Origin: Thalia democratica
Lineage: Eukaryota
Direction: 5' to 3'
NCBI GenBank assembly: GCA_965202585.1
Contig: OZ241826.1
Location: 74,586,001 to 74,650,000, forward strand
DNA: 64,000 nucleotides
Shown here one piece after another: positions 33,480 to 46,962 of the stretch. How positions within the stretch are numbered: the first letter of the stretch is position 1; every line of letters starts with the position of its first letter. The position numbers and the translations under genes were made by a program. The notes below the pieces were generated by a model. The model saw only the letters and a program-made list of their open reading frames with translations, did no database searches and was not told the origin of the DNA.

Positions 33480-36362
33480 GTTTGTGGGAAGGAGCTGGCT
33501 CAAAAAAAAAGAAACATGAACACAAGAACGAAGAATGGCGTTTTGAAAATAAGAAGACAAGGTTATTATAAAAACTTTGGTGTTTGAAAACATTTATTTT
33601 TTTTGTTAACCTTGTTCGTTTTAATAAAATCGTATGTCGTTTTATAAGCAAGTGTTTAGAGTTTTTCATGGCCGTGGAAAAATAAAGGGTCGTTATTTCA
33701 AGTAGAAGCTTGTAAATATTGATAGTTTTTTGAAGAGAAACTCAGCTGGCTGAAACTCTCATCCAGTTTTTTAGTGTAAAATTGTTGTACTTTAGTAAAC
33801 ATTTTGTTGCTATTCATTCACTTTGTCTACTTGTGCTCTTTTATTTTTAGTGTAGCTTTAACAAAATTATTTATACAATTTTAAGAAAAAATCCAAAACA
33901 GAACCGAAACTTTTGTTATCTAGTAATGTAATATTTTCGTTTACACTTTAAAACATTGATGCTTGATAGTCTAAAATATTTTCGCTGACTGATTACTTTC
34001 AGTCTTACCTAAACAGTTTTTGTCTTTAAAAACATATTGTAGTTTCTTAATTGATAAACTTGAAATATTTTGTTTACACATTATATAAAGATTTTAAAAT
34101 GTTATACATAACTTTGACTACTTAGTTTTTAAAGTTGTAGTGCCTTTAGATGTCCACCTTTTTACCGTTCAAATGTTTTTTTTTTTTGAAATAATTACTT
34201 AAAGTGGTTACTTTATCTTTGTAAGATATTTAATAAAAAAATGAAAAACAAGCCTTTGTATTGTTTCTTTTTTATACATTTTTTTTAATGATTTAAACAA
34301 CTTTAAAAATAAGAAACTCTTAAAACATCATTCTAATTTTTTTAGTTAATTTCTTAAACTATTTGAGGAAAACAATTAGAACAAATCAAATTTTTGTAGC
34401 ATAACATTTATGAGTGTTTATAAAAAAAGCTCTACAATAAATAAGCAGTATATGATTTGAAATATAAATACATTGATCTTAAAATAATACTATAAAGCAC
34501 GCTTTTTCACAATGATGCAAACAAATCTATAGCCCAACAGTTTAGTAAATTTAAGTAAGCTTTGCAATAAAAACAGAGGTCTTAAACTTGCATTTATCAA
34601 TTTAATCTAAATTAAGAATCTAAGTGTTTTTCGGTTTAATGAAAACGTTTACATCATGTATCTTAGCTTATAAAACTTTGTTGGTTTATTAGATACATAT
34701 GTATCTAAATAACATCTAAAGATGCAAGACGTTTAGTTTATAAATATTAATAAAGTAATATACATTTTTGACCATCAAATATAGATTTGCTTTCAAGTTC
34801 TTTTAGTAAGCAGATTATAAAGATATATTTCAATTTAAAAGTCTAAAAATACTTTAATTTCAAGTGAACCTCGGCTTCGAAACTTGTATACATTTTATAT
34901 AAACGTTTTAACTTGTTAAAAGAAGTTTTTTCTTTTAATTTAAAGCAAACAAACTAATCAGTAGACAACTTATTAACTTAAAACTAATTGGTTAGAACTT
35001 ACTGAAAAAACTAAATTGTTATAAAAATAAAAATGATATTCATATTTAAAGTTCGAAATAATTTACTACGTAACAAAATAAATAAAAGTTTTCAATATAA
35101 TTATTTTTAATTTATTTTATTTTTGACTTGAACTGATAAAGATAACAATTTTTTGTTAACAACCTCAATTTTTTTTTTTCAGAAAAAACAAAAACAGAAC
35201 TGTTACTTAAAAAAGAAAATTATTTAATGGTACTTTTTCAGTAAACAAATAGCTTAATATTTTTAAAGGTTTTGCTTATTAAACTTATAAACCTTTTATA
35301 ACTAGCATTAACTTATTAACAAAAAAAAAAAAAGATATTATCCTTTTTTACTTAACATTGAATTTAGATGTTATCACCAATATTACAAAATTGTAAAAAA
35401 AAACTTAAAGGCTAGATCTAAAATAAAACTTAATTGAATTTTAACACAATAAAGTAAAATACAAAAAGGAAATCAAGTTTTATTACTTTTTTCAAATTTT
35501 AACACTTAAAAGAGATACACTTCAACAGAATTCAGCAGGTTTTTGTTTAGAAGTATTTAAAACAATACGATAAGTACAGTTTACCTTAATAAAAACATTA
35601 AAGAACATATATAAATGTCCTTTGAGATAAACTGAAATGGTGAATATATTATAAAACCAGTTAAAATGATAAATATAATTATTTTGTTTTAACTTAAGGC
35701 TTAGTTCAGGTGTACTCGTAGGGTAAAATTATTTTTTTAGTAAAAGACTTAAATGCTTAAAAAGAGCTGCTGAGCTTTACTAATTTGAAAAAAACGTTTA
35801 AACTTGAAATTTTTATTAAGACAGCAAAAAACTATAACGGAATACCTTAATCAAATATTTTTCTGCGAAAATAAGCTTTTGAACAATTTACCTGGAGCAA
35901 AATATGTTGTTAGGATTAAAAAACGAAAGTATACAAAAGTATCAAATTTTACATTAAATGTTTCTTCACATCACATAAGAGTTTTATGTGCTCTAAAATA
36001 CGCCGGAGTACTATTTCTCCGCATAATACCATAATTGCATACAAAACGTGATAATATTTTGACTGTATCATTTTACGACTTATACATGTACAAGCAAGCA
36101 GACATCGCATTTATGATATGAAAATCAACGCGAAGCGATCGCAAGCAAGTTGAAACAGTGCGTATTTGATAAACACAAAAACACTTGTTGAAGCTACAAT
36201 ATGCGCTTATTATGGACTTACCATCGGAAACAACAAACTCAACGGCTCGGCTTATCTTCTTAATAGTGGCGTATTAGTGTTAACTAGCCCTACTATAAAT
36301 AGAAGACCGTACAAGAAACTCAAACTAGCGCGGTGGCTGGAGATAAAAGAAATAAAAAAGTA

Positions 36363-36461
36363 CGGCGCTATGATTAATTGAGTGGTATTTAGAGCTCTTC
36401 AAGAGCTTGTTTACAGTTAACAAATGTCGTCAAGTGCGCGATTTGCAAGCATCAATCAAGA
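36363..36461 (+). repeat. 99-bp non-coding module, copy 2 (about 2.9 kb downstream of the Dlx stop, within GC island 36050-36800)
   Basis: Direct-orientation copy of 22167-22265 with 6 mismatches. Confidence 0.95.
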
Positions 36462-38347
36462 CTGCTTTCTGTTTTCGCACAGCAAACGAGTGCAGTTCTT
36501 TCCTGATTTTGGTTTATATGCGTATGCGCGAGCACTTGATTAATGGCACCCGGGGTTCCTTGTTTGTTTGTTGAAGACAAACTATCTGGTAGATTATCTG
36601 CAGTGATAAACTGCATACCAAGTTTGTATCATTGTTGTCCCTCTGTGCGGGCTGCAAGCGAGCACAATGGATAATTGCTGCGCAAATTGCCTTCTTATTT
36701 ATATTGCGAAGGTTTTGCTTCCATTTTGTATCAATTTTGTTTGTGTCTTTTGTTTTTGCCTGTAGCTATAAAGCGCTCTACTGAGAAAAGAACTTTCTAA
36801 ATGAAGACTGCTGACATGTAAACAAAGAAATATCAGTTTAAATATCTTTGATTGTTCGATGTTTGTGATAATTAGTTAAACCAAACCAAGTAGAGTTGTT
36901 AAAGAAGTTAATTGACTTAAGTTTACCCTTGTAAACTTTTAACCTTAAAATGGCGTTGTACGATTAGCTGCTAAAGTTAATTTTAAACACAATTTAACAT
37001 ACACACAATCGAACTTTTAAGCTTTTTTTAAAGTCTAGGTTTCAAAATATTTCGTTAATATAACAAGCATCAGCCTTTGAAATTCAAAATTCATTATTTT
37101 TCAAAATAAAAAAAAAGTTCCATGAAAAACTGTCATTAGTTTAAACTATGATATAGTAGTATCAAATTAAAACTAGTTTACTAAGTAATCTTAGATCGAT
37201 TTTATATTTAAAAACTGTAGTTAAAAATAGTTTTACTAACTTTAATGCTGAGATTACTGATTTTTTGTTTTACTTTAAAAAATATTTCAAGAAGTTGTTA
37301 AAGTTTTAATAAAAGATTAAAAACAAATATCGTTTAATTCATAGTTATCGCTAAACAATATAAAGCTGAAAAACACCCATAAATAATTACAAGATTTCAT
37401 AATAAGTTTTTTGTACTTAAATCTTTTTTTATATTTAGTATGACAAAGTTGGTATAATTTTTTTTTGTGATACACCTAATTTATATTAAGAAGATAGTTA
37501 AAGTTTTTCATTGAACTTTTTTTAAATATTTTTTCGGTTTTCACACTTATTTTAACACATAGTGTTTTTTTTAACTTGCATAATTTAAATTTATGTTTTA
37601 TTATCTTTTTTTGGCGAGTTTAATTATATTTTAATTCGGACTACTGCAATTTAAATTCGAGTTGTAGTTGTCGAAAAACTCGAAGCATTTGTATTTTTTA
37701 AATAAAAGTTTATATAAATTTACAACTTATACATTTTACTTACTTTAGTTTTATGAAATATATTATTTTTACCTTAAAAACTAAACGCTTGCTTACGTAT
37801 GATTTGTTTTTTCTTTACCCTGTTTTAACTCAATTTTTTTTTAATTTCATTGTAAAAACAATTCTTCACTGGTTTGAAGTAAGTCAAACAAGATCCTCAG
37901 TTAATTAATAAAATATGCAATTTTTTTATATAAACATGCAAGAATACATTAGGCTAAGCTTGAAATAAAATTAGCATTTATGTGTAAAAAACAAACAAAA
38001 TAAAACTTATAGTTTAAAACTATCAATTTAGAAAAATCATAACATTAAGAGGTGAATTTATTCTAAGTTTAGAAAAATATAAGCTACTTATTAATATTAT
38101 AAGGTCAAAAACTTAAAATAATTGCACATACTTACAATTAGTAGGCTTGTAAAATTTGTAAACAAACAAAACTCTTGTAACTGAAACAATGGAATAAAAT
38201 ACTACTTTTATTGTTTAAAATAATTAAACTGTTATATCGTGACGTAGTTATAAGATTTGCTTATAAAATCTAGTAGTATTATAAATTTGTAGTATTATAC
38301 TTAAAACGGTTTTATTACTTACTAATACAAGTTAAAATAGGAATGGA

Positions 38348-39000
38348 TTAATAATTTTTTAAAGTTTTTAAATAAAGCTTTTTGAAATGAACACACAAAC
38401 AAATTAACTCGTTTCTTTTATATAATTGAGTTCTCCTGTCAGCGTTCGCTATTTCCATCTTCTTGTAGGTACAGGTCATGGTGATTCTTTATTTCTCCGA
38501 TGCGTTGTAAAATGTTCCATTTAATGTTGTAATCAGTATTATTGAATTTTAATTTCCAAATATATTTCGACAGTTCGGTGCCATTTTCCTTGTGGACTCT
38601 CAAATCTCTAATATGGCCATACCAAGTTGTTTTAAAAGGTCCCCCCAGTGCTTCCAATGTATTGTTTTTTTTATTGTGGTCACCGTAGCTTTATAAATTA
38701 CGTTGTTTGTGAGGAATTTGTTTTTAGTAGGGCATTGATTTTTGTTTCTGCAATTGCAGAGTGACTTTTTTGTTTCTCTGTTAGTACTTTCACTTTTTTC
38801 TATACTATTTAAAGTTCTTTTATTGTGCCCTTCAATTAACGTTTTTGTATTATTCATGCAACTATACAACAAATCGCAATTATTTTTGTTTATTGAATTG
38901 TGTAGACTGCTGTTTTCATTAAAAATTTTGATACATTTGTCTTAACTGATTTGCAAAATAGCGGACTAAAGTAATTTTTTTTTCTTGATCTTTTTCTTTT
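38348..39000 (-). pseudogene. Penelope-like retroelement 3' relic (post-RT linker plus GIY-YIG endonuclease), multiply frameshifted
   Basis: Reconstruction: YFSPLFCKSVKTNVSKFL..LYSCMNNTKTLIEGHNK..CNCRNKNQCP..VIYKATVTT/QYIGSTG/GPFKTTWYGH..GTELSKYIWKLK..IKWNIL/MEIANADRRTQLYKRNELICLCVH..TAA. This is the typical PLE C-terminal pattern. Two frameshifts fall in A and G homopolymer runs. Confidence 0.88.
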
Positions 39001-40759
39001 TTTTTTATTTTGAAACAATATTCCTTATAAGTTAGCTTGTGTTTAAAATTTAGCCTGTTTTATACACTTTGTCCTAAATTACAAGAACAAGTTTCTATAA
39101 AACCAATCTTATTTTAGTTTATCTACTATACCGTATCAACAATTGTTTGAAAATTAAGTATAACATCTAGTCGAGACAGTAGCAAACTGCTTTTAAAACA
39201 CATGAAATAGACATATACAATACCTTAATTTTTACGTAATAGCAATATTTATATTTATAGTTTAAAAACAAACAGTTTTTTTTTTGATATTAAGTTTGAT
39301 AAAGTTAAAGTTTTAAACATTTCTATACAATTGATGCATACCAACTAACTGAAAAATGATATACTGAAATAAAATTAAATGTTGATACATCCTAAATACT
39401 CTATGTATTTAATGTATATCTTTATAATTATTAATCAAGTGAACATCAATACTTTAAATCTTTATTATACAGATAATTTTAAACTTTTCTTATATACACT
39501 ATTAATGTATTTAAGTTAAAATGTAACATTTGTTTTTGAATTACATACTTTTGGTAATTGCTAAATCATTAAATACTTGGTCCATTTCAACTGAAACACT
39601 ACAACTATTTCTTATAAATTTCAAACACAACTTATTGTTGTAGGCATTGATATGGTTTATTAATATAACTTTAGCTTTTTTACCAATTGTTTTCAACTTA
39701 GAATATAAACTTTTTGTAAACGTACAAACTTATACTTTTTATTTTCAATAAATATTAGTTTACCATCATGTGAGACTAATCAGCTTTTTATTGGGTGGTA
39801 AAAGTAAGAAAGGTAATTTTGTCGAAAACACATTAGTAATTTCGAAAACAAAAACATCGGCAGAGGGCTAGGCGGGAACTTTTAAACTCTTTTGTGTTTT
39901 TTGCAACAGTGTAACACCTTTTACAAGGTGGGTGGTTAAAAGCTAAACTAAAACTAGATTTAATATTTCTTTTTTGTGAAAATTTCATACAACCCGCGAC
40001 TTGTGTGAAAGGAAAGGAAATTAAAAGTAAAACGAAAAAAATATCGTTAATAGAAAGATGATACTTTTTTAGTCTAATTGTTTTAAATACGAAACAAAAA
40101 GTTATTAAAAACTTAAACTAGATAGGTTTTTGTTTATATAATTCTAAATTACAAAGTAGTTAAAGATAACATTCTGTTTAAACAGGTCTAACGATAAGTA
40201 TTATAATATATTTCAAATCAGCTTTGGTCCTGGAACTTAAACTTTAGTGCAACTAACTTTATATTGTTTTACTATACGTTTTAAGTTTTTATATGCTTTA
40301 TACTGTAGGTTTTAGCAAAAATGTCTTAAAAAGCTAGGAAGACCTGTCATAAATAAATAATCCTTTCATAAGGCTTCTTATTTTTTTAAATTATTTATAA
40401 AATAATAATTGTTTTTGATCAAATTGTCCTTTGTCAGACCGTAAAATGAACTAATATATATTTTATGAACAAATTTTGTTTTAATAACCTTTAGAGAACA
40501 ATATCTGTGGAAACGATTGAGCATAAATTTACATATATAAATAACAGGGCTATTATTTTAACAACTTAGTAAAGTAGTTAAACAACGACTTCAATAAAAT
40601 CTTTATTTAGCAGCTTTGAAATGTCATTGTATTTAATCAATAAAAATAAGCTCGTTCAAAAATTATGAAAAATTAAAAAAACAAAAGTTTGCTTTACACG
40701 TTTTTATTTTACGCAACAAACGAACTATCATGTGTACTTATTTTAATTTCACAGTTAAT

Positions 40760-42240
40760 AATCTGACGTAGGTGTAGTTACGTAAAGTTTCAAAAAACCG
40801 CTGCCAAATTAACCGACGTGTGTTTGAAAGTAGCAACTACATAATTTTTTACTTACTTTTTAAATGCTCGACGACTCGAAGCTATAAATACATTTCACCG
40901 TTATTTATAAACGCTTGGAGGGTCTCAGAAGTCGCAACCGAAGCCATAATACGCGTCCACCGAGCTATAATTAGGTGTGAACTCGGGAACGGATTTATTT
41001 TTAGAAACTTTTCGGGGCTCAACTCGGACGCTTTTTCACAATGCTTTCTCGGGTCGCGCATCTTGGGAAAACGGATGTTTATGCAACCCATTAATTTTGT
41101 CATGACGGCGGCTCGTTCCCTTTGAACTCGGTGCAGCTTCTGCATGCATCGGTGCACACGGAGTTGTATCGCAGCTGTCGACGAGTAAAAAGAGTTGCTT
41201 GTAAGCTGTAAGGAGCAGCTTATATGTGTGGGACGATCAGTTGTTCAAGGGTGTGTATAATAAAAAGTACTTTAAAAGGTTTGTCTCAAAGACTTCGAAT
41301 TTCGGTGGCCATTTGAACAAATTTTCTTGGACACTTGGTTATTGATTCGATGTTTGTTTAAATTTCAAATTTCTTGTCTAAAAATCTATATTAAAAAAAA
41401 ATACGTCAGTTTTAATTTTTTTTTGTTTGTACTTAATAAAACCTCATGAAGAACTCATCTAGACAGAATATTTGAAAAACTTATTAGTTTTTTTGTAGCA
41501 ACCTCACCTACAACTTATAAAAACGTTTAAGTTAGACTTGCTTTTAACCTTTTATTTGAATCAAAAGAAGCATACGCAATAAGTAGATGACGTAACTTGT
41601 TTTGTAAAACAAACGAAAATCTAGATGTACAAAAAGTATATCTAAAAATGTTTTGCACAAAAAACCAACTTGTCTCCGATAAACTTGTAATTAAATTTAC
41701 CAAAAACCGAACAAAGCAGTCCGAAGTAGCGCCACATCAATTCATTAGCATATTAATTCGCGTGAAGTTTAGCGTCTGCCGCGCTTTCTACACAAGTGCA
41801 TGCACGGCGAATCGCTTTGTGGCCCGCCCCTTATCAAAGGTCATCGCCATCAACTTGTGTGCGGAGAAATCGAAGAAGCGGCGGTGTCGGATTATGGAGG
41901 AGCTCTGACTGGTGGAAGAGTTGATTGTGAAAATATGAAGGCTCTTTTGAAGATAAGCGGCGTCGCCTTTCATCTCCAGCTCGAATACACTTGTTGATTC
42001 TTATCGAGTCAGCTTGGATCTTTTTGTTTTCTGCGTTTGAAAACTGCGGTGTTTATTTGGCTTGCAAGCATTAAACGATGACAATTTATTTCAGGGCGAT
42101 GATGTTTTTAAAGCTCAAATACTTATTTCTTACAAGTTTTTGTTTTGAAATTGAACAAGTTTGAAGTTTATTCGATGCTTTTTGCACGCAGTTGAGATTA
42201 GCGGCTACATTCAAACCGCTCGAAAGACATATGTGATACT
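40760..42240. promoter_or_regulatory. Two GC/CpG-rich intergenic islands (about 40760-41260 and 41720-42240) downstream of Dlx
   Basis: Compositional islands; ORFs here overlap in several frames with no recognisable domain; TAATTAGGTGTGA at 40968. Confidence 0.45.
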
Positions 42241-45200
42241 AAAGAATAAAATGCTTATCATATTTAAATTTAAAGTAATTTTAATTTAACGAGTTTTTTC
42301 TTTAAACATCACTTTCGAATAAATAATACCAATCAATAGGTACTGAAAGTACTGTTAATGAAATATATGAAGATATTTTACGTCAATAAGAATCAATTTA
42401 ATTAAGTAAACTAAAAGTTGCAGTTACAGCATGCAGAAAAAAAAATTTTTTGTAGTTTTTGCAAGTTTTATTTAAATACTTTACATAAATGTCTAAATAA
42501 TTTAACAAGTTTTTAAATACTTAAAAATATTGCACTATGATTATTTTATTAAGCAATTGTTGTGGAAGATTTTCGTCCATAAAGTATATATGTAAAAAAA
42601 ATTCTTTTACTATTTAGCTCTAAAATAAAATAACACAGAATTTTAATTTATTTTCAAAACACTTTTTAGTAAAGTTTAACTAAAAAGTGTTTTTTTTTAT
42701 ATGTATTAAATTCATATACCTTAAAAAGATTTTCTGTTAAAAACATATAACCTAAAGAAATCATATGTAGACAAATAGTTTATTAAAACTTAATGTTTTA
42801 AATAAAATTATAAATTAACTGATATCAAAAAATAGGTAAAAAGGTTAAATGTAGAAATTTATTTTAAGTAAGGTTAAAAATTCGTTAAAAAAAGTTTAAC
42901 AAAGTTTCTTTTTTAAACTTTTTTTCAGTGTCTAATCTAATCATTAAAAGCTGACTAAGTTACTTATAAAAACTTGTAGATAAAAGCCTTACCCACTAAA
43001 GATTACCGCTATCATAAACGTACTCTTTAAAAAAAAAGTTATAAAATCTACTATATAGTATAATTCAATATTACATTAATTACTACTATAGTTTTATTTA
43101 TGACATTTCAGCTTTTAAGAAAGTATATTTTTATATAAACTAACTGATACTTAATTTTTTTTTCTAAATAACTAAGAGCATCATATTTATCTTTAGATAT
43201 CAAAACTAGTAATTGTTATTATTTTTCGAGCAGTTATATATCTAATAAATACTTGCATAAACAGTGTGAAAACTTGTGTGGATGTTCTATTAACTACCAA
43301 TTCACAATTTGTTGAAATAAAACTTTAACTTAAACCAGGGGTTTTCAAAAAGTGGTCTATATGGATTCTTAAGTGACGATTTTTTTTTTACTTAGTTGCT
43401 TTAGTAGAGTTTAAACTAAAAAAAAATTAAATTAAAACTTAAAACACTTCTTTTTTATTAAAGACTACTTTTTAAAATTTTCAAGACCATCTTATTGTTA
43501 AAGTAGTTGACAAATTTAGTTTTCAGTGGTGTTTTAGTTTTTCAGTATGTAAACTACCCATGCTTTATGCGTCTGTAACTAATTGTCTCAGAACTAATTT
43601 TTAACGTTTATCATTAAAACTTTTATTTTGATTAAACTGTATAAAAAAGTTGCTCAAGAGTACAAAATTTTCTATGTAAGTCCATAACTATAAACGTTAA
43701 GTTACATCAATAACACACAAGTTTTCGCTTTTGTTTTCTTTACATAGTTTTCTAAATCAAACAAAACTTTTGTAAATATTTAATTTTCTTAAAGTTTTTA
43801 ATTCTTTTTAGAATTAATAAAATTATTTAGTTAATTATTAATATATTTAAATTAACTATTGTTACTAATAATCTAAATAAAGCGAGTACTAAAGCTGTTG
43901 TTTCATGCTAATATTATTTTTTTAAACAAGTGTTATAAAAAATAGTAAAAACTGCAATAACTTTTAGAATATAAAAAAATTATACTTTTTCAAAGTAGAA
44001 ATATAAACCCTAATAAACAAGTAAATATACAAAACAGTTACAGCTACAAAGATCAGTAAAAAAAAACTGTAATAATTTAGCTTTTAATTTAAAACTTAGC
44101 TTAGCATTTGTTTTAAAAAACAAGAGCACAATTGTGGTACTTTTAACATTAAGTTATTTAAAGCATAGATAATATAAAAATAATTGAAATACCTTTAAAT
44201 ATATTTGGTTTTTTTTTGAAGGTAGTTTATCAAAATTTAAGGTTAACAGACTAAATTAAATTACAAAAAAGTTTAAGGTATAACATAATCACTGACTGCT
44301 TTATACTGTTTTTTATTTGTCAATTTGTGAGTAGACTATTAAGTATTTTAAAAGCAGTGAAAATATTAGCTATCTGTTCTAAAAGTTTTATTTTACTTTG
44401 TTAGTTACATAAATTTCAATCATAAAATACTTCTTATCAATAATACTGTAAGATAAATGTGTGAGTTGAAAGTTTGACGTTTTTAGAGAAGTTTAATTCC
44501 TATTAATTACTCAAAAATTTTATTTAAAGCATTTAGATTAATTTTCTAACAGTTTTTTTTTACGCAAAACTAGATAAATAGAATTAACCTAATACTAAAA
44601 CTAAAAAGCTTGTTATAATACTAACTGCTGTAAAAAAAAAACCAAAGTTAACTAATTTTTAAGTCGAGCATACAACATACAATAACCTTATATATATTGT
44701 CATTAGAACTAAAAGGTATATTTATGTTGTTTTTATTTGATCATTTGAAGTAGGTAGAGGGGTAAAATGTTCCTAAAGTAGTCTGCCTAATAAAATCTTA
44801 AATTTCTCAATTAATGTTATTTAAACTGTTGAGTGTTAATTAGTGTAACTATTTTTGTTTTAAACCATGTTAATAAACTAAAACGCATAGGGTTTTTATT
44901 TTTTTTACAAAATCTACTTGGTTATAAAAAAATTTGTTTTTAGTTTTTAAACTATTAGTCATGTCTTTACACTACTAAAATTATTAAAATAAAAACTTAA
45001 TTTAATACATCAATGTCTTTTTCAACAATACAACTACGTATAAAACAGGCTTGAGTTTCAAAATTTCCTTTGTTTTTAATTAAGTGTAGCAAAAAAAATT
45101 ATTAAAAAACTAAAGTTATTTAGTGTAAACATTAGTCTTTAAATTACAACAAATATACATACTTAGTATAGCTTTTTTGTGTTAATATCTTTGACTAAAA

Positions 45201-46685
45201 CTTATTTTCAACAAGTCACGTAAAATAAAATACTTTAATAAAAATAGTGTTTTATGTTTTTAGTTTCTCGCTATGACATGAAAAAATAAATAGTAACCGT
45301 AAGATGTTTCACTACAAAGGTGTGAAATATCGCTCTCATTGATATTTTCTATTTAAGACTCAAGTTCAAGAAAAATATATCAACATTAGCAAAATTTCAT
45401 GCTTGTCCTCTAAAATTAATAAATATTTTGCTGTAGTTGTTATGTTATAAAAATAGCCTAAAGTAATTAAATGTGTTATATAAAAAGAAGATAATACATT
45501 ACAAAAAGATATTTCAAGAAAAATTAAACACTTTTTGTAGCATTTACTTTCGAAAATTACACATTAACATTATATGCAAATGTAGTTTGGCTATTTAGAT
45601 AAACTATCTGTTACATATAAAATATTAATGTGAAATAGATAAAACAAAGCATTATTCAAAATTAATTTGATTTGGCTAAAGGTTTTTGTTGTATGTTTAT
45701 CGAAAAAATCGTTGCGTAGTAAAATCTTTTCAGAAACTTCTAATTCAATGAATTAATTATTTTAACTCCAACCAAAGAGCTTATTTTAAAATAGAAACTT
45801 TAGCGACTTTTAAATACATAATGTTATTTTAAGTACGTAAATAAAACTACTTTTGACATATAAATTTAGAACAAAAATTGATAAAAATTTAACATTTAGA
45901 TTTTTTTTTAAGTCTCTAGAAAAAAATAATCTTTAAGTAATTATTGCAACATTATAAATTTGTTTTTACTTTATTCTTATATAACTCGAAATAACGTCCT
46001 AAAATGGTGGTTTTTATACACAATAGTGGCGTCGCGTGGTATTTTTGTTAGGGGATGCGGAGGATTAAAAACAGAATCCCAAACTTAAGACTTTTATTTT
46101 GAACTAATTCAATGCCTTTATTATTACAACTACACCAATTCCTTAATTTGAAAAGTAAAATAATAATAATTACTTTTTATAAAACAAAAACTATGCTGGT
46201 ACTGAACGAGTTGCTTCTGCTCGAGTTGCCTCTTTTCGATTTCAACTTGTAACTAACTGTCTTAATGTAGGGAATTTTCAACAAGGCAATAAAATGATTT
46301 TAAATTTACATGGTGCTAATTTCAATCATCTCCAGCATTGAGCTATTTAAAACACTTTTGAATTAAAAGTTTGTACATGTTTAAGATGCAGCTGACACAG
46401 ATTAAGCTTGCAGCTCGGACTTATCGAACACTTTAAGAATGTAACTTATTAAACGTCATAGTTTGAAAAATAAACAAATATATCAAACAAATTTAATCAA
46501 GAAAATAAAAAATAGAAACTGTTTATAAACTTTCTTTTTCTTCGTTTATTTTTGACTAGGTGGAACAACAACTCCAGCGTTCCGACTCTCGCGTCGATTA
46601 CTAGTTATTTATAGCTGCTTGTTTTATCAAATTTTCTTATTAAAAACAAGCAGCTCCCTAATGCTTTTTACTTTCATATCGTTAA

Positions 46686-46801
46686 ATATAGCTGTTTTTT
46701 AAAATTGCAGTCCAAAAAACATTTTTTCTATACAGTGCTGCCGGCGGGCAACGTTTTATATGAAAATTGGCCCATTACATTTAAAAGGCTGCCGACCTTT
46801 G
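46686..46801 (-). mobile_element. Charlie-like hAT end fragment
   Basis: Reverse complement caaaggtcggcagccttttaaatgtaatgggcc; homologous to 12913-13030. Confidence 0.65.
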
Positions 46802-46867
46802 GTATTTTGTTTTAATCCTTTCAAGTAACTATTGTTGAAGTAATCCAGAGATGTATGTATATTTAAG

Positions 46868-46962
46868 TACTAGAAATGTGTTTATTGAACAAAAATAAAA
46901 GCGTTCAAATATTTGGTCCTAGGACCTGGTGTACGAAAAAACCTTTCGGTTATCGACTAACT
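46868..46962 (-). mobile_element. Solo TIR arm of the 61231 MITE family
   Basis: Reverse complement gataaccgaaaggttttttcgtacaccaggtcctaggacc...ttgaacgc matches the 6638 and 61231 arms. Confidence 0.7.

Noticed and set aside
32532-33669. Four antisense ORFs (93-215 aa) over Dlx exon 4
   Set aside because: Stop-codon depletion from GC3 bias; no independent signals.
40820-41997. ORFs of 61-103 aa in the intergenic islands, including a possible second homeobox
   Set aside because: No homeodomain or other motif in any frame, and no GC3 pattern.
46190-46450. Possible hAT transposase C-terminal relic (AEA..SFST-like) on the minus strand
   Set aside because: It needs several frameshifts and stops for a match of under 10 residues; TBLASTN would be needed.
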